Part shown: positions 9,468-22,439 of the stretch, one piece after another
How the letters are laid out: every line of letters starts with the position of its first letter
Numbering within the stretch: position 1 is the first letter of the stretch
Assembly (NCBI GenBank): GCA_963774445.1
Contig: CAVZFC010000035.1
Span: 5,470-69,469 of the forward strand
DNA: 64,000 bases
Reading direction: 5' to 3'
Source: an uncultured delta proteobacterium
Lineage (GTDB): Bacteria; Myxococcota_A; Polyangia; Haliangiales; Haliangiaceae
The notes under the pieces: generated by a model
Databases searched by the model: none
What the model was told of the DNA's origin: nothing
What the model saw: only the letters and a program-made list of their open reading frames with translations
Made by a program: the position numbers and the translations under genes

Positions 9468-11168
9468 TTAGTCTGCAGCGCCCGGCTTCGTGCCGGGCGC
9501 TTCTTCGTTTCGGCGCCCGCGCTTGCGCCCGCGCCCGACGCGCGGCCAGACCAGCCATGCGAGCCCGATGGCGATGACGCACAGGAAGCCGAAGATGTTG
9601 CCGAAGCGGGCGAACAGGCCGCGGCCGCCGTCGAGCAGGGCGACGGTGACCAGGTGGCCTTCGGGTGGGTGCGGATCGTTGGCGGGGTCGATGACTTCGC
9701 TGATCGACCTCACCCGGCCGGCGGCGTCGATGTGCGAGGTCACGCCGGTGTTGACCGCGCGGACCATCTCGGCGCGTAGCTCCACCGAGCGGAAGACCGC
9801 CAGCGCCAGGTGCTGCCACGGCTCGCTGGCGCCGAACCAGGTGTCGTTGGTGACGTTGACGAGCAGGTTCGGGTGCAGATCGGCGACCCGGTGGCTGAAG
9901 GCGGGCAGGGTGTCCTCGAAGCAGATCAGCGGCACCAGGTTCCAGCTGCGGCCATCGGCTTCGAACGGAAAGGCGACCACCTCCTGGCCGGGCGACAGGT
10001 TGCCGCTGCCGCGGGGCAGGGCGTGCCGCAGCCAGGTAAAGGTGTCGGCGCCGGGGATGTGCTCGCTGAACATCACCAGGTAGTTCTTGTCGTAACGGCC
10101 GACGTAGTCGTCGCCGACCTCGAGCAGGGCGCTGTTGTAGGGCGGGCGATCCTGGTCCTGCCGGTCGCCGGTGAGGGCGCTGAAGATCAGCGGCGCGGTG
10201 AACGCCGGCTGCGGCTCGAGGCCGGTGCCCGGCCACGGTCGATGGCGGACGATGTTGTCGGCCGGCCCGGGGACCATGCCGCGCTCGAGCATGTAGGGGA
10301 AGCCGGACTCGGGCCAGACCAGGAGCTGGGCGCCGTCGGCCTGGAGCTTGGCGCTGGCGTCCTGGGTCTGGCGCAGGCGCGCGAGCTCGGCGTCGTTGTC
10401 GCGGGCGGCCGCGCCGTCGAACGGAACATTGGTCTGCACGAGGCCGACCTTCAGCGTGGGCGCGTGATCGCGAGCGGCGTCGAGCTGGCCGATGCGGACG
10501 AAGCCGTAGACCAGCGACGCGGCGACGACCGCCGCGGCCGCCGCGACCGGGATCAGACGGCGCCGCCGTTCACGCTCGGTGAAGAGGTCGTAGAGGGCGC
10601 CGCCGAGCGCGAACAACAGCGCGGTGACGCCGACCGGGCCGACTAGCTCGGCGATCTGGATCACCGCCGTCACCGGCGCCTGGGTGACGCCCAGGTTGAA
10701 GGGAAAGATCTGTGGCCAGATGGTCTCGAAGCAGACCATCGCCACCGGCGCCAGCAGCGCCATCGGCAACGGCGCGCCCAGGCGCTCGCGGCTGATCTGG
10801 CGCAGCCGGCGGACCGTCCAGCCGTAGGCCCAGTACAGCAGCCCCTGGTAGACGCTGAAGGCGGCCAGCGCCAGCCACGACAGCGCCCCGGGAAAGCTCG
10901 AGTAGCGGGACAACAGCTCGGTGACCCAGGGGAAGCCGCCGAAGCTGATGACCGTGCCGGCCAGCCAGGCGTAGCGGCGCGCGCGCTTGTTGGACGGCGC
11001 GCGATCGATCAGCCAGAGCAGCGGCACCGGCGCCAGCCAGGCCAGCGGCCAGAGATCGAGCGGTGGCGCGGCCAGCGCCCACAGCGCGCCCGCGGCGATG
11101 GCCACCGCCAGGGCGATCATCGTGGGGCGGCGCCCCCTCGTCGCGATCGCGTCGGCCCAGCCGTCCAT
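9468..11168 (-). CDS. lnt: apolipoprotein N-acyltransferase
   Basis: N-terminal multi-TM region plus a C-terminal nitrilase/CN-hydrolase domain (VWPESGFPY, ICFEDTLP, NVTNDTWFG). Confidence 0.85.
   Translation of the reverse strand: MDGWADAIATRGRRPTMIALAVAIAAGALWALAAPPLDLWPLAWLAPVPLLWLIDRAPSNKRARRYAWLAGTVISFGGFPWVTELLSRYSSFPGALSWLALAAFSVYQGLLYWAYGWTVRRLRQISRERLGAPLPMALLAPVAMVCFETIWPQIFPFNLGVTQAPVTAVIQIAELVGPVGVTALLFALGGALYDLFTERERRRRLIPVAAAAAVVAASLVYGFVRIGQLDAARDHAPTLKVGLVQTNVPFDGAAARDNDAELARLRQTQDASAKLQADGAQLLVWPESGFPYMLERGMVPGPADNIVRHRPWPGTGLEPQPAFTAPLIFSALTGDRQDQDRPPYNSALLEVGDDYVGRYDKNYLVMFSEHIPGADTFTWLRHALPRGSGNLSPGQEVVAFPFEADGRSWNLVPLICFEDTLPAFSHRVADLHPNLLVNVTNDTWFGASEPWQHLALAVFRSVELRAEMVRAVNTGVTSHIDAAGRVRSISEVIDPANDPHPPEGHLVTVALLDGGRGLFARFGNIFGFLCVIAIGLAWLVWPRVGRGRKRGRRNEEAPGTKPGAAD
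9478..9510 (+). terminator. intrinsic-terminator-like hairpin (GCGCCCGGC-ttcgt-GCCGGGCGC) followed by a T-rich tract
   Basis: The stem is a perfect 9-bp GC-rich palindrome followed by TTCTTCGTTT, lying between the convergent lipoprotein and lnt genes. It overlaps the last codons of lnt. Confidence 0.4.
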
Positions 11169-11175
11169 TGATTCC

Positions 11176-12123
11176 TCAGCCGGGGACCACCAGCGACAGC
11201 GCCGCCGGCAGGATGCGGAAGGTCGCCGGCAGCACGCCAGGGGTTTCGCCGTCGACGTCGAGCTCGATCAAGTCACCGCCCAGCGGCTCGGCGCGCAGGG
11301 CCTTGGCCCGCCGGTGGCTGACCTTGTCGAGGCCCAGGTGAGTGCCGTTGTAGATGCGCCGGGCGTGGACGATGAAATCTTTGGTGGTCAGATCGCCCAG
11401 GGCGACGACGTCGAAGCGGCCGTCGTCGAGCTCAGCCTCCGGCGCGATGTACATGCCGCCGCCGAAGTAGCGGCCGTTGGCCACCGCCACGGTGTTGATG
11501 GTCATCTCCACCGGATTGGCCTCGTCGTCGTCGAACACCAGGCGCACCCGCTGGTTCTGGTAGCGAATGCTGGCCCGCGCGGTGGCCAGCATGAACGACA
11601 GCCGTCCGCCCAGCGCCTTGGACGACTCGTTGACCAGGCGGTCGATGATTCCGCTGATGCCGAACGAGGCGATGTTGGCGAACACGCGCGACTCGGTCGC
11701 GCCGTCGCGGGTGGTGTAGTCGATCAGGCCGACGTCGATCCGGCGGGTATTGCCGCGCGCCAGGATCGAGGCGGCTCGCCCGATCTCCTTGGGCAGGTGG
11801 AGGGACTTGCGGAAGTCTCCGCCCGTGCCGAACGGCAGCACGCCCATCGACGCCTCGGGCGCTACCGGGCGGTCGCCGTCGAAGAAGCCGTTGACCACCT
11901 CGTTGATGGTGCCATCGCCGCCGATGGCGACCACGCACGAGGCGCCGGCCTCGAGCGCCTCGCGGGTCAGCCGGGTGGCGTCTCCGGGGCCCTCGGTGCG
12001 GACCTCGTCGAAGGCGACATCGCGGCGGATGACGCTGGAGATCGCGGGCCAGCGGCGGCCGAGGGATCCGTTTGCCGACTGCGGGTTGACGATCAGGACG
12101 GTGCGGCCGCGGGAATCGCTCAC
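11176..12123 (-). CDS. diacylglycerol kinase catalytic-domain family lipid kinase (YegS/BmrU-like)
   Basis: Motifs GGDGTINEVVNG and GVLPFGTGGDF are present. Start is placed at the GTG (VSDSRGRTVLIVNP); the long upstream ORF extension overlaps other genes. The gene lies 8 bp upstream of lnt on the same strand. Confidence 0.8.
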   Translation of the reverse strand: MSDSRGRTVLIVNPQSANGSLGRRWPAISSVIRRDVAFDEVRTEGPGDATRLTREALEAGASCVVAIGGDGTINEVVNGFFDGDRPVAPEASMGVLPFGTGGDFRKSLHLPKEIGRAASILARGNTRRIDVGLIDYTTRDGATESRVFANIASFGISGIIDRLVNESSKALGGRLSFMLATARASIRYQNQRVRLVFDDDEANPVEMTINTVAVANGRYFGGGMYIAPEAELDDGRFDVVALGDLTTKDFIVHARRIYNGTHLGLDKVSHRRAKALRAEPLGGDLIELDVDGETPGVLPATFRILPAALSLVVPG

Positions 12124-12183
12124 GGCGCGGAGTATAGCCGAGCTGCCGCGGCCGCTGCGGCCGGGTCCTGGTACGATTGCGCC

Positions 12184-13887
12184 GTGTTGACCCGCGGCGT
12201 GCTGGAGGAGCTGCAGCGACAGCTCGATGCCCCGGCCGCGGCGGGCGCCGACGCCGCCCTGGAGCGGCGTGGCCGGCGCGCCCGCGGAGCCTACTTCACG
12301 CCCGCGCCGCTGGCGGCGCTGGTGGCGGGGGCGGCGCTGGCGGCGCGCCTCGAGGGCGCCGAGGTCGACTGGGACGACGACGGCGCACCGGCCTTGCGGG
12401 TGCTCGATCCGGCCGCCGGCGACGGTCGTTTCCTCGCCGCCGCCGCCGACTGGCTGGCCGACCGCGCCGCCGCGCGCGGCTTCGACCGAGAGCGCGCGCG
12501 TCCGGCGATCGTCGCCCGCTGCCTGATCGGCTTCGAGCGCGATCCCGAGTTCGCGGCGCTGTCGCGCGAGCGGCTTCCGGGCGCGGCGATCCACTGTTGT
12601 GAGGCGCTGCTCGAGGCTCCCGACCCGGGGCCGGTTGACGTCGTCGTCGGCAACCCGCCGTACCAGCGATCGATCCATCTGGCGCGCACCGACCCGGCGC
12701 TGTGGCAGGCGCTGCGCGGGCGGTACGCGGCCACTTCGCACGGCGAGTGGGATCTCTACGGCGCCTTCCTCGAGCGGGCGCTGGCCTGGACCGGCGACGA
12801 CGGCGAGGTCGGCATGGTCGTGCCGTCGCGATGGCTGACCGCCGGCTTCGCCAGCCCGTTGCGCGCAGCGCTGGCCGGCGCCGGGGCGGTGCGCGCGCTG
12901 GTCGACTTCGGGCCCGGACAGGTGTTCGCCGGGGCGACGACGTACGCCTCGCTGGCGTTCCTGTCGCATCGCCGGCAGGCGGCGGTGACGGTGCTCCGGC
13001 GGTGGGACGGCGGTTGGCGCAGCGGCGCCGTCGACGCCGCGTCGCTGGGCGCCGCGCCGTGGCGGCTGACCGTGGGCCGGCCGCGCGCGTTGCTCGATCG
13101 CCTGGCCGGCGCGGGGCCGACGCTGGGACAAGTGGCGCGCATCGCCAAGGGCGCCGGCACCAACGCCGACCGGGTCTACGTGCTCGAGCCGCGGGGCGAG
13201 CTCGGCGACGGGCTGATCCGCGTCTGGTCGCCGGCGCTCGGCGAGGAGGTGGCAGTCGAGGCCGCGCTGTGTCGGCCCGTCTACCGCGGGCGTGACGTCG
13301 AGCCGCTCGCGCGCACCGCGCCGCCCGCGCTCTGCCTGGTGCCGTACGATCGCGACGGCCGGCTGCGTGGGCCCTGCGAGCTGGCCGCGCGCTTCCCCGC
13401 CGCCTTCGACTACCTGGAGACCTGCCGGCCGCGACTGGATTCGCGCGAGCACGGCCGCTTCTCCGGAGAGACCTTCTACCGCTTCGGCCGCCCGCAAAAC
13501 CTGGCCCTGCTCGGCGGCCGCGCGCCGCGCGTGGTGGTGCCGGACGTGGCCAAGAGCGGGCGCGCGCTGGTCGACCGCCGCGGCGCGTTCGTGCTGGACA
13601 CGGCCTACGTCGTCTGTCCCGGCGACGGAGACTACTCATGCGAGCTCCTGGCCGCGGTGCTGTCGTCGCCGATGGTCGCGCTGTGGCTGCGCGAGACCGG
13701 AGTTCCCCTGCGCGGCGGTTACGTGCGCATGAAGACCGCCTATTTGCGAGAAATGCCGCTGCCGCCGCCGGGGCCGCTCGCTGGTGAGATCGAAAGCGCG
13801 GCAACTGCCGGCGACCTGGTCGCCTGCACCGAGCTGGTCCGCCGCGCCTACGACGTCGCTGCCGCCGACTGGCGGGCGGCGGCCTGA
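12184..13887 (+). CDS. gamma-class N6-adenine DNA methyltransferase (Eco57I/TaqI-like) with C-terminal target-recognition domain
   Basis: Motif I is VLDPAAGDGRFL and motif IV is VVGNPPYQ. The 5' ~1.2 kb of the listed ORF (from 10987) overlaps lnt and the lipid kinase on the opposite strand and is rejected, so start is placed at GTG 12184. Confidence 0.8.
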   Translation: MLTRGVLEELQRQLDAPAAAGADAALERRGRRARGAYFTPAPLAALVAGAALAARLEGAEVDWDDDGAPALRVLDPAAGDGRFLAAAADWLADRAAARGFDRERARPAIVARCLIGFERDPEFAALSRERLPGAAIHCCEALLEAPDPGPVDVVVGNPPYQRSIHLARTDPALWQALRGRYAATSHGEWDLYGAFLERALAWTGDDGEVGMVVPSRWLTAGFASPLRAALAGAGAVRALVDFGPGQVFAGATTYASLAFLSHRRQAAVTVLRRWDGGWRSGAVDAASLGAAPWRLTVGRPRALLDRLAGAGPTLGQVARIAKGAGTNADRVYVLEPRGELGDGLIRVWSPALGEEVAVEAALCRPVYRGRDVEPLARTAPPALCLVPYDRDGRLRGPCELAARFPAAFDYLETCRPRLDSREHGRFSGETFYRFGRPQNLALLGGRAPRVVVPDVAKSGRALVDRRGAFVLDTAYVVCPGDGDYSCELLAAVLSSPMVALWLRETGVPLRGGYVRMKTAYLREMPLPPPGPLAGEIESAATAGDLVACTELVRRAYDVAAADWRAAA

Positions 13888-13907
13888 GCGGTGCTAGAGT
13901 CGAACAG

Positions 13908-14303
13908 ATGCGCTCCCTTCTCGCCGTGCTCGCCATCGCCGTCGCCGCCGCCACCGGGATCGTCGCCTGCAGTGACAACGCCGATGACCTGGGCGTGGGC
14001 GCCGAGTGCACCGCCGCCGGTGACTGTCAGAGTTCCGACTCGTTCACCCAGGAATGCCTGACCGAGTTCAAGGGCGGCTACTGCGGGCTCACCGACTGCG
14101 CTACCGACGACGACTGCCCGCCGCTGTCGGCCTGCATCGACCACGGCGGCGGCACGACGTATTGCTTCCGCACGTGTGTGGACAAGGTCGACTGCAACGC
14201 GAATCGCACCGTGGACAACGAGTCCAACTGCTCGTCGAACGTCACGTTTACGGACGGCGCGCAGGGGCGCAAGGCGTGCGTCCCACCGTCGTCGGGCATC
14301 TGA
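13908..14303 (+). CDS. small Cys-rich lipoprotein
   Basis: Signal peptide plus lipobox (GIVAC), with about 14 Cys in 131 aa. Confidence 0.5.
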   Translation: MRSLLAVLAIAVAAATGIVACSDNADDLGVGAECTAAGDCQSSDSFTQECLTEFKGGYCGLTDCATDDDCPPLSACIDHGGGTTYCFRTCVDKVDCNANRTVDNESNCSSNVTFTDGAQGRKACVPPSSGI

Positions 14304-14406
14304 GCGAGGCTCGCTGCCGCGACGTCTTCTGGCGCTGGTCAACTTCGCCGGCACCCGGATGAGCCGAGTCGTCGGTCTACCGGCTGCGGGGCCACAGCTG
14401 CTGGCC

Positions 14407-15510
14407 TCAGTCGCTGATTAGGTCGAGCAGGGCGCGGGGCAGGTCGCGGACTTCGACGCCGTCGGGCGCGTTCTGCTTGAGCATGAAGCTGCAGGTGCCG
14501 CACGAGGTAACGATGGTGCCACCGCCCTGGTTGGCGACCTCGGCCAGGCGGCGGCGGGCCATGGCGTCGGCGACGTCGGGCATCGTCTTGGACAGGAGGC
14601 CGCCGCCGCCGCAGCACTCGGTCTCGCGACCGGACCACGCCAGCTCGCGCACCTCGGCCACGCGGGACAGCACCGCGCGCGGCTCGTCGATGACGCCGAC
14701 GTAGCGGGCCAGGTAGCAGGGGTCGTGGTAGTAGACCGGCTTCTTCTCGGCCTGCTTGGGGATTTCGCGCCGCTGCTGGGCGAGGTATTCGGACATCGCC
14801 ACCACCTGGCAGCCCAGCTCGACGCCTTCGGCGGGATAGAGCGCGCGCATGGCGTAGACGCAGGCCGAGCAGTTGACGACCACGGTCTGGAAGCGGGCCA
14901 GCGCCTTGGCCACCTTGGCCGCATGCCAGCGGAACATCTCCGGGTAGCCGGCGGCGAGCAGCGGATAACCGCCGCAGGCCTGACCGGCGGCGACCAGGCG
15001 CACGTGCTCGGCGCCGATGCGATCGAACAGCTCGAACGTCTCGACGACGTCGCCCATCGCCTTGTCGGCGGCGTCGCAGCCGGGCCAGAATCCGACCAGG
15101 GCGTCGTCTGAGATCCGCTGTGATGGCACTCGCTCGCGCAGCTGGCGCACCAGCCGCTCGTCGCGGTTGCGGAACCGATCCGGGTACGCCTCCAGCTTGG
15201 GATGTCCGGCGCCCCGGCGTTGGGCCTCGGCGCGGCCGGCCAGCAGCACCAGCCCCGGCTCGTTGCCGTGTTCGCAGTAGTTGGTGCACTCGCGGCAGCC
15301 GGTGCAGCCCCAGATCGGCTCGGTCGACGCGGCGGTCCAGGGGACGTTGCCCTTCACCGCCTGGTTGAGCCGGTCCATCTTGGCCTGCGGGATCAGCGTC
15401 TCGCGCCCGCTGGCGTTCGACACCGGGCAGGCGTGCCTGCACATCTTGGGGCAATAGGTGCAGTAATCGAGCTGTTTGGCGACGCCAGCTGCGGATAGGG
15501 GCGCGGACAC
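14407..15510 (-). CDS. glcF: (Fe-S)-binding protein, glycolate oxidase GlcF / CCG-domain family
   Basis: Two 4Fe-4S ferredoxin-type Cys clusters ([21 protein letters not shown]) and two CCG cysteine-rich domains (CSAC, CCGGGG, CGTC). Confidence 0.8.
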   Translation of the reverse strand: MSAPLSAAGVAKQLDYCTYCPKMCRHACPVSNASGRETLIPQAKMDRLNQAVKGNVPWTAASTEPIWGCTGCRECTNYCEHGNEPGLVLLAGRAEAQRRGAGHPKLEAYPDRFRNRDERLVRQLRERVPSQRISDDALVGFWPGCDAADKAMGDVVETFELFDRIGAEHVRLVAAGQACGGYPLLAAGYPEMFRWHAAKVAKALARFQTVVVNCSACVYAMRALYPAEGVELGCQVVAMSEYLAQQRREIPKQAEKKPVYYHDPCYLARYVGVIDEPRAVLSRVAEVRELAWSGRETECCGGGGLLSKTMPDVADAMARRRLAEVANQGGGTIVTSCGTCSFMLKQNAPDGVEVRDLPRALLDLISD

Positions 15511-15534
15511 GTGCGCGCACTATACCATCGCGCC

Positions 15535-16698
15535 ATGTCCCGCCCCCCCGCGTCCCGACTCGAACCGTCTTCGCTCGCGCCGGCCACACTGTGCGCCCAC
15601 GGCGGCGCGCCGCGCTCGATCGATCTGGGCGGCGACGCGCGCGCGCACGTCAGCCCGATCGTGCAGACCACGGTGTTCGACTTCGCCACCATCGCCGAGT
15701 CGGAGCCGGCGCTGGGCGGCGACGGCTACGTCTACCGGCGCAACGGTATGCCCAACGCCGACGAGCTCGGCGCCGCGGTCGCGCTGCTCGAGGGCGCGGA
15801 GGCTGGCCAGGCGACCAGCTCCGGCATGGGTGCCGTCGCCGCCGTGGCCATGGGCCTCTTGGCGGGCGGAGCGCGAGTGCTGGTGCAGCGCGATGCCTAC
15901 GGCGGCACGCCGGCCTTTCTCGACGAGCTCGGGCGCTTCGGCGTCGTCGTGCGCGCCGTCAACGTCTACGATCCGGCCGCGCTCGAGCCCGCGCTCGATG
16001 GCGCGGCGATGCTGCTTTGCGAATCGATCGCCAACCCGCTGCTGCGCCGGGCGCCGATCGAGGCGCTGGCCAGCCGCTGTCATGCGCGCGGGGTCGCGCT
16101 GGTGGTCGACAACACCTTTGCCACGCCGCTGGGCGAGCGCCCGCTCGAACGCGGCGCCGACCTGGTGTTGCATTCGGCGACCAAGTTTCTCGGCGGCCAC
16201 CACGACGCCTGCGCCGGGGTCGTGGTTGGGGACGCCGCCCGGGTCGCCCGCGTGGGCACGGTCTGCCGGCGGGCCGGGCTGATCGCCTCGCCGCTGGACG
16301 CCTGGCTCGCCGTCCGCGGCATCCGCACCCTGGAGGTACGCATGCGGCGGGCGTGGCAGACCGCCGCCGAGCTGGCCGATCGCCTCGAGCAGTACCCGGC
16401 CGTGACCCGCGTGCACCGCGCCGACCGCTGCGCCCTGGTCACCTTCGACGTCGGCTCGCGCGCCGCCGCCGAGGCGGTGGTCGCCGCCTGCCGCCTGATC
16501 ACACTGTCGCCCAGCCTCGGCGGCACCACCACCACGCTGTCGCATCCGGCCAGCTCGTCGCACGTGGCGCTGCCCGCCGAGGCGCGCGCCGCCGCCGGCA
16601 TCGGCGACGGCCTCCTGCGCATGTGCGTCGGCCTCGAGGCGCCGGACGATCTCTGGCGCGACCTCGAGCCGGCGCTGGCTACAGCACCCCGGGGTTGA
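15535..16698 (+). CDS. PLP-dependent Cys/Met metabolism enzyme (cystathionine gamma-synthase/beta-lyase family)
   Basis: Trans-sulfuration family pattern, including the SATKFLGGH Lys motif. The 3' end overlaps the convergent glcE-like gene by 20 bp. Confidence 0.8.
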   Translation: MSRPPASRLEPSSLAPATLCAHGGAPRSIDLGGDARAHVSPIVQTTVFDFATIAESEPALGGDGYVYRRNGMPNADELGAAVALLEGAEAGQATSSGMGAVAAVAMGLLAGGARVLVQRDAYGGTPAFLDELGRFGVVVRAVNVYDPAALEPALDGAAMLLCESIANPLLRRAPIEALASRCHARGVALVVDNTFATPLGERPLERGADLVLHSATKFLGGHHDACAGVVVGDAARVARVGTVCRRAGLIASPLDAWLAVRGIRTLEVRMRRAWQTAAELADRLEQYPAVTRVHRADRCALVTFDVGSRAAAEAVVAACRLITLSPSLGGTTTTLSHPASSSHVALPAEARAAAGIGDGLLRMCVGLEAPDDLWRDLEPALATAPRG

Positions 16699-17971
16699 AG
16701 ATCCCCTTGGGGTCCAGCTCGTGGCGCAGGTGCTGGAAGTACGGCTCGAGCTGGGCGTTGGTGCTGCCCAGGAGGTAGGCGCCGGCCGCGATCGCCGCCT
16801 CTTTGACGGCGACGCAGAGAGGGCCGGCGGTGGCCTCGTCGAGCGGTGTTCCTTCGCCGTCGGTGAAGCCGGCGAACAGCACCGCGCCGTCGGCGTCGAA
16901 GCGGGAGATGTGCGCGCGGGTGTGGGCGCCGTTGGCGGTCGCGGCGTCGACCACGGCGTGGTAGACGCGGGCCAGCGCTGGCGGGGCGGCGCTGAGCTGG
17001 AGCTGGGGGCGCGGCACGGCGCCGCTCTGCCCGGTGCGCTGCTCCCACCAGGTGCGCGCCACCGATTCGGCCAGCGGGCGGCCGTTCATCGCCTCGCTGG
17101 CACTGGCGACCAGGTCGCGGTCGCACGCCGCCAGGTCGGTCGGGCCGGCGGTGGCGACCACCAGCACTGCCTCGCCGTCGCGGATCTCGATCGGTCCGAG
17201 GTGGGCGCGCGCCTCGGCGCCGTCGTAGACGCGGACCGCGGCCGGCGACGCTTCCTCGCGCAGCGCCAGGCGCACGGCGGCCAGCGCGGCGTCGACGTCG
17301 GGCAAGGCGTGGGCGGCCAGGTAGCGCGCCTCCGGCCGCCGGTGAATGCGCAGCACCGCCGAGGTGATCAGCCCCAGCGTTCCCTCGCTGCCGAGCAGCG
17401 CGCGCGCCAGGTCCGGAACCCGTCGACCGCCGCGGCGCCACCCGCGTGTGAATCGTGCGGCCGTCGGCCAGCACCGCCGAGATGCCGAGCACGGCGTCCT
17501 CGATGAAGCCGTGGCGCGGCGACGCCTTGCCCGGCGTGCGCACCGACAACAGGCCGCCCATCGTCGAGCCCAGGGTCGCCGGAGGGTAGTCGCCCATGCT
17601 CAGCCCGCGCGGCGACAGGATCTTCTCCAGCGCGATGGCGGTGATGCCGGCCTGCACGTGGGCGACCAGCGACGTCTCGTCCAGGTGCAGGACCTGATCC
17701 ATGCGCCGGATGTCGACGTAGATGCGGGCGCGATCGCGCAGACTGGCCATGCGCGGCGCGCGGGCGGCGTTGCCCACCGGGACCACGGCCAGCGACTCCT
17801 CGTAGGCCAGCCGCACCACGTCGGCGATCTCGGCCGCCGAGCCCGGGGTCACCAGCCAGGCAGGGGCCTCGTCGCCGGCCGGCGGCGAGGTGAGGGCGTC
17901 GAGTGCCTGGCCGCCGTGCACGTGCGACTCGCCGACAAGCTCGGCCAGGCGCGCGGCGATCTCCGGCCTGC

Positions 17972-17975
<4 letters not shown>
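16679..17975 (-). pseudogene. FAD-linked oxidase (GlcE/GlcD-like), apparent 1-bp frameshift near 17400
   Basis: The N-terminal FAD_binding_4 region (VVPVGN...RMD) lies in one frame. The conserved [22 protein letters not shown] continues in another frame. GTG start at 17975 overlaps the upstream gene stop (GTGA). Confidence 0.55.
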
Positions 17976-19680
<1,705 letters not shown>

Positions 19681-19688
19681 CTCGGCCC

Positions 19689-20585
<897 letters not shown>

Positions 20586-20623
20586 AACGGCGATCGGTTT
20601 GCGTTCGTAATCCGGTCGGCGCT

Positions 20624-21481
20624 CTACAGCCCGACCCGTGCCCGATCGGCGGCGCGCCGGTCGGTTGGGCTGGGCGGCGGCAGCACGGCAAACGCGTTGA
20701 TCGGGTCGATCGGCTCGCCGTCGACCCGCACCTCGAAGTGCAGGTGCGGCCCGGTCACCCGGCCGCTGGCGCCGGAGTTGCCGATGTGCGCGCCCGGCGC
20801 GACGTAGTCGCCGACGTGGACCAGGACGCGCGACAGGTGGGCGTAGCGGGTGTGCACGCCCATGCCGTGGTCGATGATGACGATCCGCCCGTAGCTGCTC
20901 CAGCGTCCAGCCCGGACGACCACCCCCGGCGCCGCGGCCATGACCGGCGTGCCCCGATGGGCCTCGAAGTCGCAGCCGGCGTGCAGCTTGCGGCGGTGCA
21001 AGACCGGGTGGTAGCGGACGCCGAAGGTCGAGGTCAGCTCGCCGCCGACCGGGCGGACGGTGAGGATCCGGTAGCGCTCGAGGCCCAGCCGGGGCAGGGC
21101 ACCCTGGGGATCGAGCAGGTCGAGCATCTGGTCGAAGCCGGTGGCCGCCTCGCGCACCCAGCCGGCGCGGCTGCCGTGGCGCAGCTCCCACAGCGACAGG
21201 TTGCGGGTGAAGCCGCGCGCCTGATGGTCGGTCGCCGTCAGATCGTGCTCGAGCCGGTCGAGGACGTCGAGCGCGTCGCCGACCCGGGCGGCCACGGTCT
21301 GGGTCAGGCTGGTGCTGGCCCGGTGCGAGCGCACGGGTCGATGACCGGCGCGCGCAGGGCTGCTCGTTGCCAGGGCAATGCCGCCCGCGGCCAGGACCAG
21401 GGCGACGTGCGTCGAACTGAAACGCACAGTGGCGCGAGGGTCGCCAAGCGCCTCCGGCCGGTCAAGGCGACTGGCCGGCAA
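20624..21481 (-). CDS. M23 family metallopeptidase (LytM domain)
   Basis: Motifs HAGCDF..G.PV and [35 protein letters not shown]. Start is uncertain (GTG inside the signal region is possible). Confidence 0.75.
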   Translation of the reverse strand: MPASRLDRPEALGDPRATVRFSSTHVALVLAAGGIALATSSPARAGHRPVRSHRASTSLTQTVAARVGDALDVLDRLEHDLTATDHQARGFTRNLSLWELRHGSRAGWVREAATGFDQMLDLLDPQGALPRLGLERYRILTVRPVGGELTSTFGVRYHPVLHRRKLHAGCDFEAHRGTPVMAAAPGVVVRAGRWSSYGRIVIIDHGMGVHTRYAHLSRVLVHVGDYVAPGAHIGNSGASGRVTGPHLHFEVRVDGEPIDPINAFAVLPPPSPTDRRAADRARVGL

Positions 21482-21520
21482 ACTACTATCCGGCCCCAGG
21501 CTGGCCCCGGGCTGCCTATA

Positions 21521-22255
21521 TTAATGTTGCAGGCGGACCCCAGCGGCCTCTGCGGCGTCGTCAGCGTGGAGCGCGCGCCGGGCCATCCCTCTCAGGAGGA
21601 GGGCGCCGAGGCCGACGCTGGCCAGCGGCAGGAGGAGCAGCGCCCCGGCCAGCCCGTCCAGGCCGTCGGCCCGGAGCGGCGGCCCGAGGAAGATCGCCAG
21701 GTCGTACAGGCTGTGCAGCGCCACCGCTGCCAGGTAGCCGCCGGGCAGACCGGGGCCGGCGTTGTCGAACCGCTTGCGCGCGCCCCAGTAGCCCATCACC
21801 CCGGCCCAGATCGCGTGGCCCGGCACCGCCAGCACCGCGCGCAGGACGTAGATACGGATGAACTCGTTGCCACTGTTTGCCTGCAGCAAGTAGAGGACGT
21901 TCTCGACCAGGGCGAAACCGAGGCCGGCGCGGGCGGCGTAGACGATGCCGTCGAGGCGCTCGTCGAACTCCGGCGTGTGCCAGACGAACCAGTAGACGCA
22001 CAGGACCTTGGCCATCTCTTCGACGGCGGCGGCCACCAGAACCCCCTGCCACACTGCGTTGGCGTAGGTACCGGCGGGCGGCGCCAGCGAGAGCAAGAGC
22101 AGCTCGACGATGATCACCGGGATCACCGACAGGGCGCCGGCCAGCGCGACTTTGCGCAAGGTCCACCGCGGCTCGGGCCGCTTGGCGTCCAGGCGGTCCA
22201 CGTACCACATGGCGAGCAAGGCGGGGAGAGCCCCGGTGAACGCCCAGCCGTGCAT
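21521..22255 (-). CDS. PrsW family intramembrane metalloprotease
   Basis: The protein is multi-TM with AVEEMAK and FALVENVLY motifs. Start is placed at the internal ATG (MHGWAFTG). Confidence 0.7.
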   Translation of the reverse strand: MHGWAFTGALPALLAMWYVDRLDAKRPEPRWTLRKVALAGALSVIPVIIVELLLLSLAPPAGTYANAVWQGVLVAAAVEEMAKVLCVYWFVWHTPEFDERLDGIVYAARAGLGFALVENVLYLLQANSGNEFIRIYVLRAVLAVPGHAIWAGVMGYWGARKRFDNAGPGLPGGYLAAVALHSLYDLAIFLGPPLRADGLDGLAGALLLLPLASVGLGALLLRGMARRALHADDAAEAAGVRLQH

Positions 22256-22439
22256 TTCCGCGAGTATACGCCCAGAGGGGGGTGGGAATAGCGGCGGTGG
22301 CGCCGGGGGTTGTTGGTTCCAGGGGCAGACAGCGGTTTTGCGCTTTGCAAAGGCCCGCTCTTGAATCAAACTGCCGCGCGTCCGTCGTAAGCCTGGGCTC
22401 CCCTCCATCGTGGGGCCCCACCGAGGAGGAGCTAGAGGA

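Noticed and set aside
10987-12183. 5' extension of the methyltransferase ORF back to 10987
   Set aside because: This part overlaps lnt and the lipid kinase on the opposite strand. The conserved MTase motifs begin only after 12184, where a GTG start exists.
20586-20623. Possible terminator between convergent hbd and the M23 peptidase
   Set aside because: Only weak, imperfect palindromes (CCGATCGG-centred) are present, with no convincing stem plus T-tract.
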